Source: a virus
Lineage: Duplodnaviria; Caudoviricetes
Reading direction: 5' to 3' (one strand)
DNA length: 46,279 nucleotides
Virus record (IMG/VR): IMGVR_UViG_3300046779_000472
Location: 1 to 46,279 of that record
The notes beneath the pieces are model-generated. The model searched no databases. It was not told the origin of the DNA and saw nothing but the letters and a program-made list of their open reading frames with translations. The translations under genes and the position numbers were made by a program. Shown here in pieces: positions 45,298 to 46,279 of this stretch; within the stretch, counting starts at the first letter, position 1; every line of letters starts with the position of its first letter.

Positions 45298-45381
45298 GCT
45301 CTTGTGATGGAATGGCAGACATACTAGACTTAAAATCTGGAGACGAAAGTCGTGTGGGTTCGAGTCCCACCAGGAGTACCA
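45298..45381 (+). tRNA. tRNA-Leu(TAA)
   Basis: CTAGA-CT-TAA-AA-TCTGG, variable arm GAC-GAAA-GTC, encoded CCA. Confidence 0.9.
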
Positions 45382-45382
45382 C

Positions 45383-45455
45383 CCCCTCGTAGCTCAGTGG
45401 ATAGAGCGTCGGACTTCTAATCCGTGCGTCGTTGGTTCGATCCCAACCGAGGGGA
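45383..45455 (+). tRNA. tRNA-Arg(TCT)
   Basis: CCCCTCG/CGAGGGG acceptor, loop CT-TCT-AA. Confidence 0.9.
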
Positions 45456-45480
45456 CAAGTAGATATGGTAGAATTGAAAC

Positions 45481-46056
45481 ATGATTAACAATATAAAGGT
45501 AATAGAAAACTTTATGTCTGAAGAGGACATGAAGTTTTTTAGACATTACAACGACTATCTTTTAGAAAATAAGTATGATAAGTTTATAAAGTTTTATGAG
45601 GGCAAGCGTCCAGTATTATCTTTTGGAAAAGATCTGTATCACAAAGAAAGATCGCATCTCACCCTTGACGTAGTAAAAGAGAAAGAGGCAGAAATTAGAG
45701 GCTTGTTCTCAGACGTCACTAATAAGATAAAAGAAGTTTTTAATGATGAAGATGAACTATATGTTTGCTCACTTTGGATAGCAAAGCAAGAGCCAGGGGC
45801 AGAGGTAGAGATACATGAAGACACTGACGGTGGTGTAAACACACACTTTAAGTACAGCTGCATCCTTTATCTGAATACATTGTCTAGCGGTGGAGAACTA
45901 GTATTTACTGATTTAGATTATACATATAAGCCTAAAGCAGGCGATCTTGTAGTGTTTGAGTCTCAGACTACTGGTAGACATATGGTTCCAGAAATTCCAG
46001 AAGAGCGTTATACAATTCCAATGTGGATTACTGCAGACAAAGACTTTGCAATTTAG
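45481..46056 (+). CDS. 2OG-Fe(II) oxygenase
   Basis: IHED, ILYLN...GGEL, GRHMV...ERY; leaderless. Confidence 0.8.
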   Translation: MINNIKVIENFMSEEDMKFFRHYNDYLLENKYDKFIKFYEGKRPVLSFGKDLYHKERSHLTLDVVKEKEAEIRGLFSDVTNKIKEVFNDEDELYVCSLWIAKQEPGAEVEIHEDTDGGVNTHFKYSCILYLNTLSSGGELVFTDLDYTYKPKAGDLVVFESQTTGRHMVPEIPEERYTIPMWITADKDFAI

Positions 46057-46279
46057 TCTAATTCAAATTCTGTTTTGTCTGGAAACATGTCTGCAATGAT
46101 GTGAGATATCTCATTAAATGAATTATCTTCGGTAGACAGCAGGTAAGAGTCGCCATTGATGAAATCATACGATCTAGACATTAATCTTCCTTGGGAATAA
46201 ACCTTTACGTCATTTGTTAGGGTCCCACCAATACCAAAGATATTTCCATAGTTAGATCTTTCTAGGTATGGCATAGTGA
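46053..46279 (-). CDS. Hypothetical protein, probably partial at the window edge
   Basis: Convergent ORF whose stop overlaps the oxygenase stop; frame is open to the edge. Confidence 0.4.
   Translation of the reverse strand, partial: TMPYLERSNYGNIFGIGGTLTNDVKVYSQGRLMSRSYDFINGDSYLLSTEDNSFNEISHIIADMFPDKTEFELD

Overview
A 46 kb segment of a large, AT-rich tailed phage (Caudoviricetes) genome, almost all on the + strand. The host is most likely an actinobacterium, inferred from the class Ib NrdH/NrdE/NrdF, a WhiB protein, an actinobacterial-type surface protein and many leaderless genes. In order, the window holds: the end of a virion gene block; a replication/recombination module (DnaB-like helicase, primase, SSB, DnaE, NrdH, RecA-like, Cas4-like nuclease, RuvC-like); terminase; secreted/surface proteins and NrdEF; tRNA cluster 1; a modification cluster (two paralogous unknown proteins, glycosyltransferase, carbamoyltransferase, 2OG-Fe(II) oxygenases); an M23 peptidase, a CysC-like fusion, SNase, WhiB, a holin-like protein and a methyltransferase; tRNA cluster 2; Hsp20, GroES and ThyX; and tRNA cluster 3 (CAT, TAT, TAA, TCT anticodons). 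There are 14 recognisable tRNAs. The most striking unexplained signal is in tRNA cluster 1 (25353-26292). Unlike clusters 2 and 3, its spacers are filled with about seven compact H-type pseudoknots of shared architecture, a 173-nt RNA closed by a kissing-loop/strand-exchange pairing and ending in CCA, and three aberrant tRNA-like folds. This is a candidate phage ncRNA cassette, possibly decoy or anti-defence RNAs. Other signals include a ROSE-like thermometer on hsp20, an AUU start codon, an SD-occluding hairpin that contains its own promoter, and a pseudoknot/hairpin switch in the nrdE leader. All structures were paired by eye and all protein calls come from motif recognition; no searches were run.
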